Source: Ramazzottius varieornatus
Lineage: Eukaryota; Animalia; Tardigrada
Assembly: GCA_001949185.1 (NCBI GenBank)
Contig: BDGG01000001.1
Span: forward strand, 5,011,624 to 5,075,623
Reading direction: 5' to 3'
Length of the DNA stretch: 64,000 nucleotides
Shown here: piece after piece, positions 1-13,280 of the stretch
Position numbering within the stretch: position 1 is the first letter of the stretch
How the letters are laid out: each line of letters opens with the position of its first letter
Translations under genes and position numbers: made by a program
Notes under the pieces: generated by a model
The model's input: the letters and a program-made list of their open reading frames with translations, nothing else
Told to the model about the DNA's origin: nothing
Databases searched by the model: none

Positions 1-184
1 CTTGACCATGACCATCGATGACCAAGTCATCTATGGATTCATTCTTCATTCTGCGAGCTCCTCGCATTTTGTCCGCCCACCCTCCCTTCATGTTCTGTGG
101 TTCTTCGTTATCAAATGGCTCGCTAAAATAGCCGCGTATTATTGTAGATCGTCTCTGTTTATGATCAGCGTAATTAGGGAGGTG

Positions 185-1736
185 TCATTTTAGGTCGCAT
201 TGGTCGTAGTATAAGAAGTCTGTCTTGTTTTGAATGATCCCCAGAATGTCTCTGGCTAGTTGCGGAAGGTCGGTCTTTTTCGCGTACTGTTGATCTCCAA
301 CCATAGAGTCTCGCGTCTGGTAGATCAGGATTCCGTACCCGGCCAGCAAGCCCATAACCTGCAAATCACAGAGCGTGTCGTGAAACTGCTCACTAATGGC
401 ACATGTACAGGCCCCAAGGCCCCCAACTATGGGAGCTGATATTTACGCCGGTGGATGACTCTTTTGTGATGTAGATGCCCGCAATGGAGATTGCGCCACT
501 GTCGCAGTCGATGCCGTTCATTACTCGTCTGCATTCATCGCGCGTTGCGGTAGAAGAGGAGATGGATTCGAGCTCTTGCAAGGTTTTCGCAATCGCCCGC
601 ACCTGTATGAAACAAAAGCAAATGGATGTAAATGACACGACTCGAGCGGATGATGTTTCGCACCTTTCCGTGACAGCGAAGACAAAGGAGGTTTCGCACA
701 ATACAGTTAGCAATACCAATGCATCCGACAGACACATCATAATAGTCAGTATTTTTGTCCTCGTACACACGATCGGTATAGGCTGCAAGAGATTCGTCTG
801 GCCTGTGAGGCTCGTGTACGCGCAACAGTAGTGCCACAACCGCAACTGCGGAATAGCATTCCCTCAGAAAACTCATCAAAACCAGCAAGTGGAAGCAGTC
901 GTTAAATTTATTGGTCAGCGTACGGAGATGAAGGTACACCTGTTCGACTTTCCGCAGTGGTTCAATGCGCAAAGGATCATCCAAATCTTGGATCTTCCGC
1001 AAGCCCTGATTGACCTCATCGAAACCAGCAGTCAGCACGGCAATCAACATGAAGTAAAAGCATTGTTCAGCCATCTCAATGTTCAGGTTCATCATCTTGC
1101 TGCATGCCAGGATCAAGTCGTTCAGGTACGTGGGTATGTCAAAGGTTAAGAACGCGATAGACTCACTCAACTTCTCGGTGTTTCGAAGGTCACCCCTGAT
1201 TGCTGCGACATAGCTGGACAGTTGCACGGCCAAGCATAGCACAATCCATCCGAACGCAAATACAGCATTTCGATCGCACATTTTCGTTAAGACTTCCGAA
1301 GAGAACATTTCCTTGAGTACCTCCGCCATAGTCTCCAGAAGCCGATGGATTTGCCCGCTCTTCCATATCATTATGCCGAAAATGATCGGTGTCTGTACTG
1401 CAAGGTTGAATCTTGCAGAATACGTCATTATCTTGAAGAACTCCAAGGATTCCAGAACTTGAAGGTAGAACCTGTTACAGAACAGTCAGTATATGAGACA
1501 AGGAAACATGTGCCGGCTAAATTGCAAGACATTATTTACATGGTATAATCGAGCAGGCAGGCCAACGACAGAACTGAGATAGAGACAGCGGTAAAGTAGC
1601 TCCACCTTTGTAGCCATGCTTTTGACTTGATGTTTCCGGGCCTTAAGATAGTTTGGCTCTTAGCTACCGGATACAGGCCGCAAAACCGAAGGTATCTCAT
1701 ATACGAGGAACTGGCAATCGAAACCGAAGATTTCAT
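185..1736 (-). CDS. Gustatory receptor-like 7TM chemoreceptor (4 exons)
   Basis: GT-AG introns at about 1472-1539, 603-663 and 360-447 join the ORFs in frame. Multiple hydrophobic helices. N-terminal 'YLRFCGLYP', 'LTNKFNDCFHLLVL', and TM7 'GYGILIYQT' resembling the GR TYhhhhhQF motif, encoded after a late phase-0 intron. The start could lie further upstream (about 1811). Confidence 0.75.
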
Positions 1737-2313
1737 TTTGGCAGTTCCGGCCGATGGTGTCTTTTCAGAAAAGACTCTATGACACGAAGAAGACAAGTTG
1801 ATGTTCACCATCACATTGACTAAGGTGGAGAAACAAACGAATGGAACGGGCTAAATGGCGGAGTTTTCGTTGGGCCCTTCGCATCAGGGAAGAATCTGAT
1901 ACCTTCTGCTCTGCTTGAGTGTGCGGTCTGCACTACTGACATTATGGCTTCCTAAAACCCGGAGATTCGAGCTGCACCTCATTTCAAATTTGATCAGTCT
2001 GATACGACTTGGGTCGACAACCATATGATTCCGAGGCTACTTCCGTCTCGAGGGTGAGGCGATTCGCCTTACCGAGAATATATCCATTAGCTACTAAAAC
2101 ACTTTTGATCCCCTGTTCATCCCATGTGTCAAGCAAGAGTAAATTTCACCTCGCCCTCAGACAGCTTGTTGAGTGCACAATGTATACAAAATTTGAATTT
2201 GCAGAAAATTTAATCAGCGGGTAAGCTCTTCTCAAAACACTGCGCGTATGAAACCGGTATAAGGTCAGTCAAAAAATAGGAAGACTGAACGTCAACGGTG
2301 AATGGATCCAGTT

Positions 2314-3913
2314 TCAGATCCGAAGAGCCGTCAAGCTCAGCCATTCCTGGGATACTCCACCAGCCTCCACCAGCTGGGAAATACACGGTTGAAACCGGGT
2401 CGCGGATTTGACGTCATGATCATACCTAGCCAAAGCAAAAACACAAACCTTTTGCAACGGGTGGCTGGATATTTGGGAGGTCAGAAACCTGAGCTCGTAA
2501 GGTAGACTGGTATTTTGAAACTTCGTTTGAAATATATTACCATTGTCTGTCTGGAAGCTTGTTTGAGCTCGGTGCATACCTGACGGATCGTACATCCGAA
2601 TGATTCGCCCGTTCAGCCTTTGGACAGGTCGGAAGTTACCGCTAAGTCGGTTGTCTGGACCCTCGAATCCTGCTCGTTTTCGCAACCGGCGGAAAGTTTG
2701 CATCTGTTCCTCAGTGATGAAAAGATGGTCCTTCAGCACGGACCAGACAACAGTCTCCGAACACGGCGGTGTCGTCAGAGACCCCAAATAACGGTAGTAG
2801 GCGTCACTGTACATGGTGCTACCTTTCAGCGACGTCGGCAGAAGATCGTCCAAACTAAATCCTCTTAGAGTCATATTGATCGACGGACCTGAAAACGTCT
2901 TACCGGTCGGAAAGACTGAGCGAGCAATGTTAACGTCAGCTGTAGTTGTAAATGACCGAACCTGGATCAACAACTGCACCAACAGCCTGCATCAGCAGTT
3001 GGAAGTTTGGATTTTGAACGGCTTGGGCGGAACCCGTGGGAGCCACTTCGAAAAGAACGCCCAGAACAGTCAAGCCCGTTGAGTCTTGGGGATTAGTGTC
3101 CCGAACCTTCTGATGGACAATATGTAACTGAAAGCACATGAACTATAACTCTAATATGTGTGCCGCTTTGTCTGCAGATCGAACCAAAGCTTTGATCGAA
3201 CACAGAGAACCTCGATAGGGTAATGGCGGCCATCAATAACGTGCTCGGAGCCCAGGTCATCCGACGCACCCCAGTGGAAATGCAGCTGTAGGAACTCGTA
3301 GTCAGCATTAAAGCTTCCGTCGGTCAGACCGGGTGTGGCAGTTTTGGGAAATCCAGTCGAGCTGAGTTGAACTTAACCAAAAAAGATGTTTTGGTGAGCC
3401 TCGGTGATATAATGATGAGCACCTCGGTCTGCTCTTCGAACTTACCAACTTGACCGTTGTTGACCACTTGCCAAACTGCGTCGACGGGTTCAACTTGGTA
3501 GTTGGTAAATCTTATAGGTTGTAATCCTCGGTCGACCTGAACTGCGTTGCTCTCGATGTCGATCGGCGACTGTCTCTCGCCCGTCCCGCACACCGGATAC
3601 TGCACCTGCCATGTCAACGGTGTTAGCTCTGAAAGGTAAAATGGTTTATCGTAAGAAAACGGCTGGTCTTTAAAACTGGCCGAGACATAGAAGATACCAT
3701 CTGCCTTTTCTCTGTAACCCCAGCGAGGAACAGTGGTGACACCGGACGTGGCTAAGGCATTGCCTGTAAAAGTCTGTGGTCATTTAGGAAATCATTGGTA
3801 CCCGGTACCAGTAAGTTCCCACCTAACAGTGAGTCACCAGCGGAAGCAGCTGTGGACAGTTTTGCGTCGTAGGAGCAGAAGAAGACGCAGAAAATGAAAA
3901 GGTGAGGAAGCAT
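2314..3913 (-). CDS. Secreted alpha-carbonic anhydrase
   Basis: Signal peptide MLPHLFIFCVFFCS..., 'CGTGERQSPIDI', zinc ligands 'QLHFHWG' and 'LHIVH', 'GSEH', 'YYRYLGSLTTPPCSETVVW', 'NFRPVQRLNGR'. The C-terminal exon boundary is uncertain. Confidence 0.93.
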
Positions 3914-5351
3914 GATGTGGAGGTCCAATTCACCAATTGGGTATTTTTTGAAAACAACTGCTTACATCCGTGAGAAGAAGTATTACTGCACAGAGCACCT
4001 GACGAGACTGTGTGGGTTCATGTAGGTTCCGACCGTGAGTTTCTGCTAACGTGTCGAATTTCTGAGTCGGTATACCATTTTTTTGTCTGGGAATTTGACT
4101 AATTGTCGATCTTTTGAGCCGTCTGCCAAACAGACTGTTCGACGTGTTCAAATAATCAGCACACATTTTGTCGCGTTGCGGTTTTCATTGTATCGCTGTC
4201 GGGTAAAATTCAGGATCAAAGAGAAGATCGAAGAACCGCGTGTTTTATCCATTCTTAGCGATAAAGGTGTGTCCATATCCATTATTCAAGGCCGTGTTTA
4301 CCCAAACTTTCCGTTTAATCTTTAAGACGTACTCTTGACGCCATGTCATTCTTCCTTTCTCTCAAGAAAAAGATAAGGCAAACACGACGCACTTTGAGAT
4401 CAGAGGAATCAGCAAAGGTGCGCAGTCTGCACTGGCAGCACTGTTGTACAGTATTTAAGGGAAAAAATGTAAACGGAGTGTCTATGCGCCGTTAATACCT
4501 TGAACTGACCTTCAAAATTGGTTGATACAGTGTATGGCAAGATTTGATACCACACCTGCTGTTGAAGATGTTCTGGGGGTGCCTTTTTTTCCACCTTAGA
4601 GCCTCTCTGATATACGATTTTCCACCTTTCAACCCTAGAGAACAAATCTGTCAAGGGAAGAACAAATTTTGTTCTTGGTTTTCGCCTCTGCAGTCTTTCT
4701 TGATTCACGAACCGCTAGAATTTTTTGTCCAAGTCGTGAATGGACTGAAAACGTGACTGCTCCCAGCGGTATAAGTATTGTTTAGTTTGCGCTGTCGTCT
4801 CTTACTTGCTTCCCTCTGCTCAAAACTTAGTCTGATGATTAGAATAATCTAGTGATTTTCTACCATAGTAATATTTCATTAAAGTAGATGATAGTAGATG
4901 GTTTTAGCATCTACTATACTCAGTAATATGTAGTAAGCAGGCTTGGGCACCGGAACCCAATATTAGGATTTTAGTTGTTCGAAACTGAGGTTCGATATTT
5001 TATTACTTTTAAGTTGTCCGTCATTTGTATTAAGATGAATTTTAATAAGAGTCACACAGCCACTGATTCAAAAAACCGGCTGATTTGCTAAATTCTGATG
5101 CGTGTGCGCTGTTTATGTGGTGTGCGTCCTCGCCTCAAGAAGTACACTAGATCCCAACGATCCTCTACACCTGTACAATATGGTTGCAGACCATCCGCTT
5201 ACACCATGCACCTACATACAGTGTGGCACGCTATCCCGCCGTAGCGTACAGTGCAAGTGCAGGATGCAAGATGTGGTACGGATACTGCTAATGCCAGTGA
5301 TACGGAATGCCAAGATCTGCCGTTGAGTTCTCTGATATTGAAATATACGTA

Positions 5352-6838
5352 GTGACTCGGTGCACGAACTTTCCCGAACTTTTCTCCGTGCACGAATTGT
5401 TTGATTCAGTTGTTACTAACGTCACAACATATGAAGAGTATGAACGGGCTCTCTTCGCCTATCAGAACAGAACTTTCCAGTTGTTCACAGCGGGAAATTC
5501 GAAGAAGCCTAAACGAACGCATTTTGAAGGTTCTCCGTCCAAGACCGCCCGATCTATTAGGAACTGTGAGTCAGCCGTATTCGCCCAAATAATCCAGGTT
5601 TGTGCCCATGGTGGACCCCGCCGTCATCGAGGAACAGGCGTACGCGAAACGACGCACACGAGGAAAATTCACTGCCCGGTCGAGTTTATGAGGAGAAGCG
5701 TAGCAGGAGAACTGACCAGACTCCCAAGCTGAAGCCAGAACCTGCTAAACCACCAGCCCCCAGCGACGATATCTCGTATTTCGAACAGCCGGAAAAGTCT
5801 AATTCTTGTGGATCCACAATCCATATACATGGTGCTCGTCCACCTCTGGATCCGTCAAGACAAGAAAGTATACCAGAGACAGCTGCGTCCAAAAGACTCC
5901 CATACAGGAGTTACCCTTCCCTCCTCTAACAGTGAGATCTTCCATAAAATATAGGCTCCTTTGAAGGAACATCTTGGCCTCAGCTCTCGGGAATACTTTC
6001 TTGTCTTGACGGATGAAGGATAACTGAAATCTAGTCTGATCGATGCTGGGGTGTTTTTGTTGCGAAAGTTAGCGCTAGAGCGTCAGATCTTAATTGGTGG
6101 CCTACATTATGTGTGGGATATGCAGACAGACCCAGGAAACAACTTCTTTATGGAGCATGGGAGAGCGGTCCAAGTTATCTTTACACCCGGTCATTGACAA
6201 GTCCTAACCCGAGAAGGCAGTCAACTGAAGTTCTATTGTAGTTTATACTGGAATATGACGGTGGAAACTTAGCGACTTATCTCGATATCAAGTCAGCAAA
6301 AGAAGGGTACTACAGTACGAGTCGAGAAGCGCCCGGTCCAGATGCAGACTGGGGGTACGGGCTGCGGACTATTTGCTTTAACGATAAACGGAATTCTTTC
6401 TCGGAAAAGACCCAAGCGAAGCCGGATTCCACCAAGCGAGTATGCGGAAATACCTTGAGCAGTGTTTAGAAGTTGAAATGATCGAAAAAGCCTTTCCGCC
6501 TGCTCCGCGTCATAGACCTGGAAAAAAAGACACACCTGCTTTCGAATTCGGAGTATCTGACCATTTGCAATTCAAAGCCCCGAAGTGGTGGCATATACCG
6601 GCTTCAGAAGGCGCTACGCAACGAAGAACCCGAAGTACCAAACACTAGCTTTTGCTTAGATTAGAATTTGTTGTCTCAAACCCTTCGAAAATAATCGTTG
6701 CTTCGCAGAATAAAAGTTCGTATTCTGATGTGCTAGTTTGTGCACGGAGTAAAAAATCGGGTCGCAGTTCGTGCACGCAGAAAAATTCGTAAAGTTCGTG
6801 CACGCAGAAAAATTCGTAAAGTTCGTGCACGTAGCCTC
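5352..6838 (+). mobile_element. Degenerate Mutator-like (MULE) element remnant
   Basis: Inverted subterminal repeats: gtgcacgaactttcccgaacttttctccgtgcacgaa at about 5360-5397 versus a tandem 27-mer array at about 6766-6830. Internal ORF 'TYEEYERALFAYQ...CAHGG...R..TRKIHCP' resembles the FAR1/ZSWIM3-type N-terminal domain of MULE transposases. Confidence 0.55.
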
Positions 6839-7023
6839 GACCTAAAATATATTATAATACTAAACCCACAGGAGTGCTAACTATAGTAATATTTTATCAA
6901 ATCAGGCAGAGGTTTCAGTATATTAATTCCAAGTTAGTAAGACTTTGGTGGACGGCGGATATTTATTTTTGTTATATTAGATGTCGTTCTTCCATATCAG
7001 AACATCACTAGTCTAATCAAATT

Positions 7024-7637
7024 CAGTGTTGCTCCGATCATTACAATTGATAATTGAAAATGGCCAAAAGCGACCGTTTTTGAATCCAATATGACAATCG
7101 AAATTGCGAATTCCCGGCCTGGCCAATTCCAATATTAATTAGAATTGTATTAGAATTCCGAAAACGGAAGAAATTATGATTGGAAATCAAATTGAATAAT
7201 ATAGCTATTAAAATTATTAAGTTTGCGGCCTAAAGCGCGGTAAAACGCACGTGGGTGTACCAGATATCGGAGTTTCTGTGTGTCTTTGGCGCTTGATTGG
7301 GGGAAAACGTGTGGCTGTGTGCATGTCGCACGACGAAGGAAGGCACGGGGCTTACAGTTTTGTTTTGCGAACCACGCGCGGTGCATCGAAATACACGCGA
7401 AGGTCAACCCGGATCCTAAGCCACCTTAGAACACGACATTTCGGGAATACTCGGATCTTAAAAATGAACCACAACAATTGAAATAATTTCAAGTGCTGTT
7501 GCGAGCTGAATTCCGATTAATTGTAGTTGCTAATTCAGCTGACCTGAGTCTCAGATAATTGAGACCGCTGCCGCCCGTAGTAGTCCGATGAACGTAATTG
7601 CAATTAGAATCGAAAAAGGCATATTGGAGCAACACTG
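7024..7637. mobile_element. hAT-like MITE
   Basis: TIR CAGTGTTGCTCC ... GGAGCAACACTG. The 8-bp flanks atcaaatt / atcatatc match at 6/8 (decayed TSD). Confidence 0.65.
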
Positions 7638-9070
7638 ATCATATCCTTCGTATTTCCCTCGACCGCCAAACATTAGGGGCCTTCAAAGACTATACACCGC
7701 TGATAGGATTACACCGCTAGTGTGATTAGATCCACCCTCACACCATGATTGGGCTAATCGTTCCACCGAAAACGAAATGCCACCGTTTTTCCGGTGTAAT
7801 TACAACCTACTCTGGACCGACTCGTAATCCCACCAGCTAACGAAATTTTAGTTTCTATGTCACTTTGCTGCAGTCACCTCGGTGAAACTCGTCCCTCTTT
7901 AGATCTTCCGTTCTTTACTTCAGCATAAATCAGAAATTTGCTTTGAAATTCTGGACGAAATGCACTGTTGACTTCGCGCACCTACATACACCATCAAGGC
8001 TGGCATACAGCAGGTGCATGGGCTTCATACTTCGCACTGAGCGAGTGCGCACGCGCTAGTTGAAGTACTGTCAAACGCGGTACAGTGTCCCATTGGGAAC
8101 ATTCATCAATCTTCATAATTTTATATCTCGAAAACTATGAAAGCTGTCAGGTCAACTTTGCTGATAAACACGTACAGGACGCTTCGAACTGTATCATTGA
8201 CCGGTTTTAAATGTTCGATTGTTGAACCCAGAGGAGAAAGAATAGCGCCTTACTTTGGCCATAACCAGCGACACGTAACCTAGAAGCGATATCTCGCTGT
8301 CTGGAAAGTCTTCCAGTCAAGAGCACGGAAGACTGTCGCAATCAAAACTCGTCACTGAATCGAACGCCTATCAATGGACTCCTACAAGATCTCAGATCAC
8401 ATCATCAACGGCTTCAACGTGCACCGATATTCGCCTTGAAGAACCGGGAAGTCCCACACTCTTCCGTTTCACTCACTTCTCCAAGTAGGGTGAAGCAGCT
8501 GTACTTCATAAGGTCTCCAAGGTCGAAACTGGCCGTTATGCCTAAAGTTCTGGCAGCTTTTTCTTCAGGCCAGTTAGGGAGCGGCGGGCATTTCGGTAAT
8601 TGTACACGTTTCATCGGCACAACGATGTATTGACTGACTGCACGAGTCATGTACGATTACGGAACTGCCTGCCGCTCCCGAACATACTAAAAGATAAGGT
8701 GCCATAATTTAAACCGTAGCGGGCACTCCTGGTTATGGTCCGAGGGCTTCCAGATAAACAGACTCTGAGTCAAAACCTCGACTTCGCCAGATTATCTCGT
8801 GTAACGACGGCACACTGTTGAATGTTCCCGCATTGAAACCACGGATTACTGGATCCCCAGGCGGGGTCGGGCTGAGCCTAGCTAGCCCGGTAGAGCCGGG
8901 CAGAGAGATATCTCCGGATAACGGTTTGAAGCAATATGATAAAATATGACAAACTCGGATAAAAGCCATACATGCAGGTGCAGGAAAAAGAAAATGGAAT
9001 TAATATTAGGGGAAAAAATGGTGCCAGTAGTTTTTCCAATTGATAAGGAATATTAGACTCGGCGCCCTAG

Positions 9071-10642
9071 TAGAGATGGGATAAGTGTGACTTACCGAAA
9101 TTTACCGAAACCAAATCGATAAGTTCGATGTGAGACTCACACCGGTAATTCCGGTTTCGGTAACTTCTCATACCAAATCGAACTTATCGGTATGCTTCAA
9201 TTTACCGAAAAATTTCGATTTGGTATGCTTCAATTTACCGAAAAATTTCGATTTGGTATCGGTTTGGTGCGAATGCACACCGAAATCGGTTTTTCGGTGT
9301 GAGACTCACACCGGTAATTCCGGTTTCGGTAACTTCTCATACCAAATCGANNNNNNNNNNNNNNNNNNNNNNNNNNNNNNNNNNNNNNNNNNNNNNNNNN
9401 AAATTTTTCGGTAAATTGAAGCATACCGAGAGGCCCAGAAAGATGAGAGTTTGACCGATTTCTGAGCGATCCCGAGTAAGTTTCGGCTTACAGACTGTAT
9501 TTCTGCTAGCTTGATAGACAGCCATCCGGTGGAGGGAAACCTCCCAACATCTCAAGACACGCCAAGCGTTGTACGCTTGCTGCCCGCCCCGTTCTGCGCC
9601 AGTTTTATCTGGTTTTTCCCGTTAACTTCTAATACCGAGCAATTTCATGCTGCCAGAATACCGGGGGTACAACGAAGTTTCGCAGCCTTTTAAGTGGCTG
9701 GAAGCACGATAGAGGCCTGTACAGACCAATCACGGTGCTCCCCCATGAAGTTGCGAATGTCACTGCGCAAAACCAACGTAATGTTCCGCCACATGGTCGG
9801 GGTATGCCAATGTATTTCATTTTATTTTTCGCTACACTTATTTCGATTTCTTCTTGCTGCAATCTAAACAAACAACACTCTGCTTCGTTAATCTGTGCGC
9901 CGTAAAAACATGAACGTTACATGTGCCACAAACAATCATTGTTCTTCGCTCAGTCTTTCTGGGACAGGGCAATGCGTAAAATGCGTGAAAAAGCCAATGT
10001 GTAAAATAGAAATCTGAAAAACTGAACTAACTTCTTGCCACCTTGGCGGCGCCAACAGTGGTAGTATCGTTCCTGACGTCATGGGCTGCGCCATATGTCG
10101 AAACACTACGAGCAACTTGTGATTTTTTGTCTGACCACTGGGCAACCGCTAGTCGGACGCTGAAAATATATTGTTGTAAAGAAGTGATTGTGAGTTGTTC
10201 TGAATTAAAACGCTTGGCGCGTGAAGGAGGACCTGGAACATGCGTTGGGAGCAGTTTCCCTTCGAACCTTGTGAGATATTTCTAAATCCGTACGTAGTGT
10301 TTAGCCAGCGGTCACCAGCTACATGTCGTAGAGTACTTGCCATTACTGGCAAACAAAAAATACTGAGCCGCCAAAGCTCAGGTAAGATTTGCGGTCAGGT
10401 AACCGTGCGCTGCGAAACTGAGTTGTACACCCGGTATCATGAGTGTTAATAAGAGAAACTTTATATTTTTCGGTTTACCGATTCTTCGGTTTGATTTGGT
10501 GTGATAAATCGAAATTTCGGTGCAGCAATTTACCAAATCGAAAATATCGGTGTGGACTTCATACCGAAATTTTCGATTCGGTGTGAGAATTTACCAAATC
10601 GGAAAATACCACACCGAACTTATCACACTTATCTCATCTCTA
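9071..10642. mobile_element. Non-autonomous hAT (Ac-like) element
   Basis: 20-bp TIR TAGAGATG(G/A)GATAAGTGTGA at both ends. The 8-bp flanks cgccctag / caccctcg match at 6/8. Many subterminal TTACCGAAA/TTCGGT repeats. Spans an assembly gap. Confidence 0.8.
9351..9400. other. Assembly gap (N run)
   Basis: 50 N inside the subterminal repeats of the hAT element. Confidence 1.
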
Positions 10643-11269
10643 CACCCTCGTGCAGTGCAGGTTTGCGTCATGGGTGCCACTACCAGATACTATTCGTAAC
10701 ACAAGTGCTCTAAGGCACAGGTAAGATAGAAGTTCGTTGTGAGCGAAGGAGAGAGAGTCGATTATCGGGTTTCAGCGGGAATATCACGCCCATATTGAAG
10801 ATTGTTCTAATGATACACCTGAATGCGCCAAGGGGAAAAACACCGAAAAGCCACTTTAAACTATCGATCTAGTGGAACAGTTTTGGGTCCAGGTCCGAGT
10901 TCGTGCAAAAGACTCCCGGATCGTGGGTAAGATATTTGGTAAACGTGTATACCCATCAGCTCATCGATATGACATGAGACATAACAGCAGATTCTGCTAG
11001 TTCCGGCCAGTCTTTTCGCACGCACCCGGATCAGTCTTGTCCCACTTGATTGGTAGTTTAAGGTACGTTTGGTCTTTTGTTGATCGATTGTGCAAAGGTT
11101 TTCAAACAGTTGTCCAATTATGCAAGAGTCCAATTATGTTCAATTATGCAATTATGCACGATTCTCACAAAACAGCGTCTTACTGCCGCAATCAGATTGT
11201 TAACTTGTTGATTAATAAGAAACAAATATAGTGCATGATGAAACTTGACTGTCGATACTGTGGGGTTGA

Positions 11270-11546
11270 ACATACCATCGACATCTGTAACGATGGCGTT
11301 GCACTGGGCACTGGTGTCCGGACAGTCAATCAATCGAGCGGCAGAGAAAGCAGGGCAGTCATGTTTAATGATTAGATTTGCTGAACAGACGAAGCACTGA
11401 AGTGCCGCACACCCTAAAACACATACCGACATACTCCAGTGTAAGTAACAAGATAGCAAAAAACAACTAAAGGAAAAACGTAGAAAGACGGTGATAGAAC
11501 GAACGTTTGCAGAGACAAAACTGCGCTCTCTCTGCCGAATGCGCAT
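11270..11546 (-). CDS. Ly6/three-finger (Quiver-like) protein fragment, possibly a pseudogene
   Basis: Hydrophobic leader followed by 'ALQCFVCS...DC...LIDCP...QC', the first half of a Ly6 Cys pattern, ending at a GT donor. I could not find a terminal CCxxxxCN exon. Confidence 0.35.
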
Positions 11547-13280
11547 TCATCAACTTAGTAAAATAAAAGTTGGCTCTTTTAACTGTCTTTTGATTTGATT
11601 CGATTTGATTTAAGAATTTTTCTTGACTCACCGAACATGCAGACATGGGAAACCTATTATGAATTAAACGAAATTTTATTGGGTACCTGAACAGCCAATC
11701 CCGATGATGACAGCGAGTATTCCTAGGAAACTCATGGCTGGCGAGTGTGCGATATATGGACGATTGGCGAACAACAGAAGGTATGTGCACGTGGACGCGG
11801 AAGTCTCTAGCATGTCGTAACCACTCCTGTAGAAAACGATAATCTAATCAAAGAACAGACGAACGAAAAATGAACACCTTAGTAAGCGCTGTTAGAGAAC
11901 CCAGCCGGTGCCGGCGAAGTTGGCGGAGGCAAAAGCATGTTAGCCTGTTCCGTCTCATTCCGCAATACAGGAGATGTATTTCCTGCAGCTACGATTGTCG
12001 ACTTCCATAGTTAGGTTGACGCGTGCCAGAGTCGCCACCAGCAATGGAAAATCTCATCAAGCGCAAACCGTCGGCGAGCAAAACTGGTGCAGAAGTTTAT
12101 AATTTATAACGGAATACCTTGTAAGCTGTCGCAATGTTGTACGAAGAACCGGACTCCCTGTTGATCATTCCTAGTTCGTAATCACGCAGAAGCATTTTTT
12201 AACTCTCTGCCACATATCTATCAGGGAAGAGTCAATAATAGGCTCTAACGAAGAAGCTCTTGCTACGAAGAAAATATGTCTGGTAAGGTGCGGTAAACTA
12301 ATGAACGTTCAAGCAATGTCATGGCGCCCCCTGTGGTCCGCTCTTGGGAGCTTTAGGTCGTTGTAGAAACGTCGAACAAATTGGGTATCGGCAGCCCCAT
12401 TTACGGGATAACGATTGCTGGTCAAAATGTACAAGGATCGACTTTGAAATTTTGGGACCCCAAGGGCAAAGTGAGACTGCTGATACATTCTACTGTAACA
12501 AACATCGAGGAACACGATGCTGAAGTCCATTTGGCCATCTGACCACTGGTCAGATCACTTCGTCAGAAAAGTCTGAAGTAATTCGAAGTTTCGAATGACA
12601 TACAGCCCGAATGTGTGTCTGCATCTGTTCTGACAATAAGTCCCCATATGGGGGTGCTTCAGCGACTAATCACCCTGGATTTTTTGGTAAAATCTTCCCA
12701 AAAGGGAGAACAGTTTATGCAACTTCTATCCGTGGTGAAGCGTGGCGAAGTGAGCACTCGATGCCCCTTGATATTGTCTACAATTTCATGTCAAAAAGGA
12801 TGATTCGGAACTAATAATGTTATCCCGTAAATTAGGCTGCCGATACCCAGATATCATCATTGTCTTAGCTCGAGTATGGGCGCAGTGGCCCTGCGCTGAA
12901 ATGCGGGTCGAACACAGAAGACCTGAAAGAACGCAGCCTGATTTGACGGTTTGACCTATACAGAAGCCTAATCAATGGAAGGACCATTATAAGAAATCGA
13001 CAAGTATAAGGTCCTTTTGAAAATGTTATTGTATCAATTAAAATGGAAGAACGATAATGTGCCAACGCAGATCCGGGTAGACTCGAAGCATGCTACATAG
13101 TTACCTCGAGTGTGTGCGTCTACGGCTCAGTTACAGGGAGCCAGAGTTGATCCAAAGTCACGCTATCCAACATATATCTCTCGAATTTATCTAATGCTCT
13201 TTCGACGCAGGCTACAATTTTCATGCTTCTGTAGACTTCCGATGGCAATTTGTATGAACTATCTGAGGATCTGAACGGAA

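Noticed and set aside
7676-8990. Possible further transposon ends (ggggccttcaaag..., tacagtgtccc...)
   Set aside because: I could not pair convincing TIRs or TSDs.
9120-9350. Repeated 30-60 bp units resembling a CRISPR array
   Set aside because: There are no unique spacers. These are subterminal repeats of the hAT-like element in eukaryotic DNA.
12309-13065. Short ORFs upstream of the peroxidase
   Set aside because: No homology cues or consistent exon chain.
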